A DNA stretch of 20,000 bases, from the IMG/VR virus record IMGVR_UViG_3300033069_000955; one strand, given 5' to 3'. Source of the stretch: an uncultured virus (IMG/VR IMGVR_UViG_3300033069_000955). Taxonomy: Duplodnaviria; Heunggongvirae; Uroviricota; Caudoviricetes. The notes below the pieces were generated by a model. That model was not told where the DNA came from. It saw nothing but the letters and a program-made list of their open reading frames with translations, and did no database searches. Numbering within the stretch: position 1 is the first letter of the stretch; each line of letters starts with the position of its first letter. The translations under genes and the position numbers were made by a program. This document shows, piece after piece, positions 15,200 to 20,000 of the stretch.

Positions 15200-18100
15200 T
15201 TATTTTCCTAATGTAACAATTTCACAGCTACCACCATGGCAAGCTTGAGCACCCATAGTATCTAATTCTAGATAGACTGGGGCTTTAAGGATTTCTGTAA
15301 AATCTACATCTTTCATTTCTCTTGTAATAGATTCCCACTTATGACAAAGATGCACATCTTTTAAACAATAAATAGTTCTATTAATATCATTTTTGAAATA
15401 GTTTTTGGCAAACTTCTTAACTCTTGCAATCCAAGAGTTCTTTAAAAGAACTTGTTCTCTTGTACCAATGGGAGTTTTGTTATACAAAATATGTTCACAA
15501 GCATCCCATAAGTTTTGATTAAAGTAATGAAGACCATCAACAATAATACCAGATGCAAACAAACATCCTTTACCATATTTGTTAGCGATCTCTTCAAAAG
15601 TTAAGACAGAAGTATTAGGTGCTTGATTATAGTCCTTATCACCAAACAAAGTAATAAAACTAACAGCAGTAAAACTATCTTGGTTCTTCATTAAATACTG
15701 GATAATTTCTTCTCTATCATCAATAATAACAGTGTTGCTAACATTATGTGAAGTAGTAGGAACAATACATCTTTCTTCTACTTTACCATAGTTTACCCAA
15801 TTATCTTTAACTAACTTAATTAGTTCTAAATGCTTAACACCTTGAAGTTCTTCTTTATATAAAGTGCCTGGATCATTCTCAATAGGAACAAAAACAGCAT
15901 AGTCAGTTTGATTAGAAGAATAGACCCCTTCTTCCAGAAGTAAAGGCATATTTTTATTTACCCAAACTCCTACTTCAGTATCTTTATTAAGTTGCATAAC
16001 TCTGAAATACTTTTCAGAGTGTTCTGGATGAATACCAGAAGCACAACCTAAGATAACAGAAGAATTACCAGAAGGTTTAACAGTAGTTGCTCTAGCAGTA
16101 GGATTAATTCCAATAATCTTAGCTACTTCTTCGTTAGTATCTAATACTATCTTAGCTCCTTTTTGAAGTACTTCTGGATTAAAGAGCCATGGTTGATTAC
16201 ACCAACCACTAATAGATACTCCAAGTAAAGCTTCTTTTTGAGAAACATAAATTGTATCTTCTAAGCAATCTTCAATATTAGCAAAATTAGTATATCCTGC
16301 TTGAAGAGTTCCAACAATGGCAGCAGTTCTACACATCAAGTAGAAATCTTTCTCAGTTTTACATAACTGAGCATTACCTTCGTTAAGATTACAACATTGA
16401 ATAGCTGTTCTAATAGACCCATCTGTCAACAAAGTAGGATCAGACTTCATAATCCTCTCCATAATACTCTTATCAGAATAATCAAAAATTAATGGGGTAA
16501 AGCCAATCTCAAAACAATTATGAGCTACTAAGCCATTAGCTGAAAAAGCATGAACATCTTCAACTGAACAATCATATACCATTTGATAACCAGCATCTTC
16601 AATACCAGTTACTTCATCATAAAAGTTTGATTTGTATAAAGACCTAGAATAAGAATCTAAAAGCTCTGATAAATGTTTCTTTTTATCTGGATTACTGAAA
16701 TTGATGAGTCTTTGATACTCAAGTATAGAATCTCTGCTAATGACTAACTCATGGCCCGCACGACACCAATACTGAGCTTGACCACCTTTACCATCAGGAA
16801 GAGTTCTATAGCCTTCAGGTTGTCGATCTTTATAGATAGTAGAAACAATACCTAAACTTAATAATAGTTCTTGAACATTTTTCATGTTCTTCATATCTGA
16901 ACTAGTTAATCTAATAGATACACCTTTTTCTATATTACCTTGAACTGAACCATCAGCATCAAAATATCCTTGAAGGAAACCAACTGTAAACTCTGAAGAT
17001 TGTTTTAGACATGAATCACCCAAAATCTTATCCCCAGAGTCTGTTACACAACCAAGATCTTTCATTAGATCATAAACTTTATTAGAGGTTAAACAAGAAT
17101 AAGTAGCAAGCTTAGATTCTTTATGTTCTCTGTGTCTTGAGTTTAACATTTCAGCATTAGACAAATGATCTAAACACATAGAATGCATTTCAGATTTATT
17201 ATCCCAAAACTTAATTTCGGCTGAAAGTTTACTAAAGTTTCCATCACCAATTACAGAACCTACCAAATAACCTTTGGAAAAATCTGGAGAAGAATAATCT
17301 ACAGGCTTTGTGAAAGTTCTATTATTATTTAGTAAAACTGCTTCACCCATTCTTATATCTTCAGCCCTCATCCACTGTCCAGTTTGAAGTTTGAGCATAT
17401 GTCCATTAGTTAAAGTAATATCTCTTCCAGACTTGAATTTAAGATTAATTGATTTCTTACTTCCAACAAGCCAAAATCCCTTAGAACTATATTCTTTACC
17501 ATCAACAACAGCATTAAAAGGACGATCAATTAAGTCATAAACTTGTTTAACACCTTCAGAAGTATTGACCCAAGTTTCTCCAATTACACATGGGTTAAGA
17601 ATCTCATACATATTGTTGAGGAAAACAAACCCCAAATCTGACATACCATCATTTTTTTCTACTAGATCTCTAAATTCTTGTTCAGTAAATTTATGTCTTA
17701 ACAACCCTACCGAGTTATTAGATCTGGCTCTTTGTGGATTCTTTTCTCTCCAATTACCTACTTTAGCATTAACTAGATCGTGATCTTCAGGAGAGATGAT
17801 GATTGAACAAGCACTTCTTCTTACACCACCAGAAAGAACAGCATCAGATAGATGCATAAAAATGTCATAAGCAATAAGAGAACTAAAAGGTTTCTCAAAG
17901 TCTTCGACATAACTATTCATCAAAGCTTCAATCTGCTCAAATGACTTTTGCAAACCATCTGGTCCAGGAGCTTTAAATCTACGACCTACTCTAGATCCTC
18001 TAGGCCTGATTTCACTATAATCAAATTTAATTACATAACCATTATATTCTTTAAATTTGTCAGACGATCCATATGACAAATAGGAGTTTACTAGAATATG

Positions 18101-18562
18101 AGCAGCTTGTGCCCACCCCTCAATATTATCAGGAATTTTAAATGTCTTAGTTCCTTTAGTTCTACTTTGAATAGGTGGTAATAAGTCAACAAAAGGTGTC
18201 ATCATATTCAGACCGACACCACAACCACAAAGCAACAAGTAAAAAGCGTTGCCTAAATAAGAGGGTTTATCAGAATATAAAACTAAACAATTATAAGCCT
18301 TAAATTCATGGTTAAAAAGAGAATCTCCTCTAAACTGGAGCATTCTTTGAGAAGCTAAGAATCTTTTTTCTTTGTAAGCTTCAGTAGCTTCTTTTAAATA
18401 TGGTTCAAGATCTTGTAGGTAATGAGAATACTTTTTACGATGAGTATTCATTACATCATCAACGGCTTCATCCCAAGTTTCGTAACGATTCAGGTCATCT
18501 CTGTAACCTAGGTAGTCTGAATATAATTTCAGGTTGGCAAGAAAGTTCCTTTCTTTTTTCAA
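15200..18562 (-). CDS. nrdJ: Ribonucleotide reductase, most likely class II (adenosylcobalamin-dependent), intein-containing
   Basis: YETWDE, YNC, GGVRRSA, NP|CFEI after splicing, CNL, TVKPSG, SGIHP, VSF...YNQAP and C-terminal ACHGGSCEI. No class I YY pair was recognised and no nrdB is in the window, so the class is an inference. Confidence 0.85.
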   Translation of the reverse strand: MKKERNFLANLKLYSDYLGYRDDLNRYETWDEAVDDVMNTHRKKYSHYLQDLEPYLKEATEAYKEKRFLASQRMLQFRGDSLFNHEFKAYNCLVLYSDKPSYLGNAFYLLLCGCGVGLNMMTPFVDLLPPIQSRTKGTKTFKIPDNIEGWAQAAHILVNSYLSYGSSDKFKEYNGYVIKFDYSEIRPRGSRVGRRFKAPGPDGLQKSFEQIEALMNSYVEDFEKPFSSLIAYDIFMHLSDAVLSGGVRRSACSIIISPEDHDLVNAKVGNWREKNPQRARSNNSVGLLRHKFTEQEFRDLVEKNDGMSDLGFVFLNNMYEILNPCVIGETWVNTSEGVKQVYDLIDRPFNAVVDGKEYSSKGFWLVGSKKSINLKFKSGRDITLTNGHMLKLQTGQWMRAEDIRMGEAVLLNNNRTFTKPVDYSSPDFSKGYLVGSVIGDGNFSKLSAEIKFWDNKSEMHSMCLDHLSNAEMLNSRHREHKESKLATYSCLTSNKVYDLMKDLGCVTDSGDKILGDSCLKQSSEFTVGFLQGYFDADGSVQGNIEKGVSIRLTSSDMKNMKNVQELLLSLGIVSTIYKDRQPEGYRTLPDGKGGQAQYWCRAGHELVISRDSILEYQRLINFSNPDKKKHLSELLDSYSRSLYKSNFYDEVTGIEDAGYQMVYDCSVEDVHAFSANGLVAHNCFEIGFTPLIFDYSDKSIMERIMKSDPTLLTDGSIRTAIQCCNLNEGNAQLCKTEKDFYLMCRTAAIVGTLQAGYTNFANIEDCLEDTIYVSQKEALLGVSISGWCNQPWLFNPEVLQKGAKIVLDTNEEVAKIIGINPTARATTVKPSGNSSVILGCASGIHPEHSEKYFRVMQLNKDTEVGVWVNKNMPLLLEEGVYSSNQTDYAVFVPIENDPGTLYKEELQGVKHLELIKLVKDNWVNYGKVEERCIVPTTSHNVSNTVIIDDREEIIQYLMKNQDSFTAVSFITLFGDKDYNQAPNTSVLTFEEIANKYGKGCLFASGIIVDGLHYFNQNLWDACEHILYNKTPIGTREQVLLKNSWIARVKKFAKNYFKNDINRTIYCLKDVHLCHKWESITREMKDVDFTEILKAPVYLELDTMGAQACHGGSCEIVTLGK
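16517..17590 (-). mobile_element. Intein with LAGLIDADG endonuclease in the RNR (358 aa)
   Basis: Starts CVIGETWVNTSEG, block B LTNGH, motifs LVGSVIGDG and FLQGYFDADGSV, block F VYDCSV, ends VAHN followed by the catalytic Cys of NPCxEI. Confidence 0.95.
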
Positions 18563-18598
18563 TTCACAATTCTCCGCAAATACAATACTCCATTAATG

Positions 18599-18768
18599 AA
18601 CTAAACCAAGCGTTTAGTTGCAATAGTTTAAATATAACGTAATGAGTATTACGTCTAAAACTGCCATCTATTACAGGGAGTAATAATGTTTGATAGATGG
18701 GGTTTTATTAATAGAGGAATAAGTTAGGCCTATTTTTTAGGAAGACCTAACTTTATTATTTATTCCTC
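18599..18768 (-). promoter_or_regulatory. Structured intergenic leader upstream of the RNR (four tandem inverted repeats)
   Basis: Stems at 18599-18619, 18637-18654, 18656-18707 and 18714-18768. Confidence 0.5.
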
Positions 18769-19212
18769 ATTTAAGGAAGAAAATGTCGGATCCATTGCTG
18801 TAACCAACGTTACAGATAACGGAGCAGACTTCTGCTTTTCTTTTATTTCGGTTATTACACAACCGTGTTTTGACTCCAGAACTTTTAGATTTGTTAACCT
18901 AGTAGCCAGTCCTCTTTCTACGATGTGTTCATGTTCACCGCATTCTTTACAGGCATATGTTTTAGGATCCATTGGTGCCCAACAGTTTGAACATGAAAAT
19001 CCTTGATTAGGAACATAGCCTATTTTCATATCATCTAAGTAAACCCCAATAGCATCTTTATCATACTCATTGTCAGGTTCACTTCTTAATTCCAACGGAA
19101 TACCGCTTTCCGCCGAAATACATTGTAAGTAGGCCCCCTTAATATAAGAGGTACCTACTACTACAAACTTAAATGTCTGATTAGTCTTCAGCGAAGGGGT
19201 CATAGTCATCAA
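18760..19212 (-). CDS. HIRAN-domain protein with inserted zinc ribbon
   Basis: VVGTSY, LELRSEPDNEYDKDAIGV and KIGYVP (HIRAN), followed by CSNC-x10-CKEC. Start uncertain (19212, 19209 or 19203). Confidence 0.8.
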   Translation of the reverse strand: MMTMTPSLKTNQTFKFVVVGTSYIKGAYLQCISAESGIPLELRSEPDNEYDKDAIGVYLDDMKIGYVPNQGFSCSNCWAPMDPKTYACKECGEHEHIVERGLATRLTNLKVLESKHGCVITEIKEKQKSAPLSVTLVTAMDPTFSSLNEE

Positions 19213-19624
19213 TACTACTAGACTTAGCTCCTACCTTTGCTCTGGGAGCAGTACTAGTTTTAGCAGTAGGTTTGATCCCTACAGCTGGAGCTTCTTCATC
19301 AGAATCATTTGACTTTCTAGATTCTGGGAATCCGAAATCAGAAACAGTCATATCAAGAGACTTCCCAGGACCATTAGCTCCTTCATAAGATCTCTCAAAG
19401 AGTTCACCCCACACAAAAGCCATTTGACCCTTCTTGTGGAATTTAGCAAACGTTTCACCTCTGGGACCCCAGAAGGAGCAGTTCACAAAAGTTGAGGTAG
19501 GTTGTTCATCGTTACTTTTTCCTCGATTAGTAGACGCAACGGTAAAAACGGTAATAGTTCCGTTTTTAAGTGTTTTCGTTTCTGGATCTCTTGTTAAGCG
19601 ACCCAGAGCTTGAGCTGTAATCAT
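19181..19624 (-). CDS. ssb: Single-stranded DNA-binding protein
   Basis: GRLTRDPE, FTVAS, FVNCSFWG, KKG..VWGEL and acidic tail DDYDPFAED. Confidence 0.95.
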   Translation of the reverse strand: MITAQALGRLTRDPETKTLKNGTITVFTVASTNRGKSNDEQPTSTFVNCSFWGPRGETFAKFHKKGQMAFVWGELFERSYEGANGPGKSLDMTVSDFGFPESRKSNDSDEEAPAVGIKPTAKTSTAPRAKVGAKSSSIDDYDPFAED

Positions 19625-19631
19625 TTTTTAG

Positions 19632-20000
19632 TTATTCACCTGTATTTTCGTTATTGGTTTCGTTTGGATTGAAACCATCTTCAAGAGCTTTTTTGATCCT
19701 ATTTTTGAATTCAACATTTGATTTAATGTGATTTCTAACAGAATCAATGCCCTCATCAAATGTTACTACCTCATCGGGCAATACCACCTGATAAACTTTT
19801 CCTTTTACTTTTTGAATTAAATTCTTTTCAAAGGCTTCAGTAATGATTTTTAAAGAGTCATTAACTCCTATTCCATACATTACCTGATAAGAACCTTCTC
19901 CTAATTTACAAGAGACATTGTTCTTTTCAACACCGAAAGCAACTTCATGGCCTAAAGCCCATGAAACACCATCAATTCTCTTCTTCTTCATCCATACAGT
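19632..20000 (-). CDS. C-terminal part of a RecA-like recombinase, truncated by the window edge
   Basis: GHEVAFGVEKNNV...YQVMYGIGV...LIQKVKGKVY matches the RecA C-terminal pattern (KNK..., YGxG). The frame stays open to base 20000 and the gene sits next to ssb. Confidence 0.7.
   Translation of the reverse strand, partial: TVWMKKKRIDGVSWALGHEVAFGVEKNNVSCKLGEGSYQVMYGIGVNDSLKIITEAFEKNLIQKVKGKVYQVVLPDEVVTFDEGIDSVRNHIKSNVEFKNRIKKALEDGFNPNETNNENTGE

Noticed and set aside
11986..18642. Plus-strand ORFs 11986-12225, 17565-17783 and 18400-18642
   Set aside because: Antisense shadows within the minus-strand block.

Overview
AT-rich, densely packed window most consistent with a large dsDNA phage genome: standard code, many TAATG/ATGA overlaps, many small unknown ORFs. 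A + strand block (1-11816) converges on a - strand block (11874-20000) at a hairpin terminator. The + block starts with a sugar/modification cluster: a PhyH-type 2OG-Fe(II) dioxygenase, an SDR, a GT2 glycosyltransferase and a DegT-family PLP aminotransferase that carries a LAGLIDADG intein. A free-standing GIY-YIG endonuclease in front of the dioxygenase shares a duplicated N-terminus with it. Next come a PD-(D/E)XK exonuclease, an Amidase_2 endolysin, a SpoIIIAA/Ycf45 ATPase and a divergent sigma-like protein. The - block holds the RecA C-terminus, SSB, a HIRAN/Zn-ribbon protein, a probable class II ribonucleotide reductase with an intein at its catalytic Cys, an atypical RlmN/Cfr-like radical SAM enzyme and a phosphodiester glycosidase. 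All calls come from motifs read by eye; no database searches were run.
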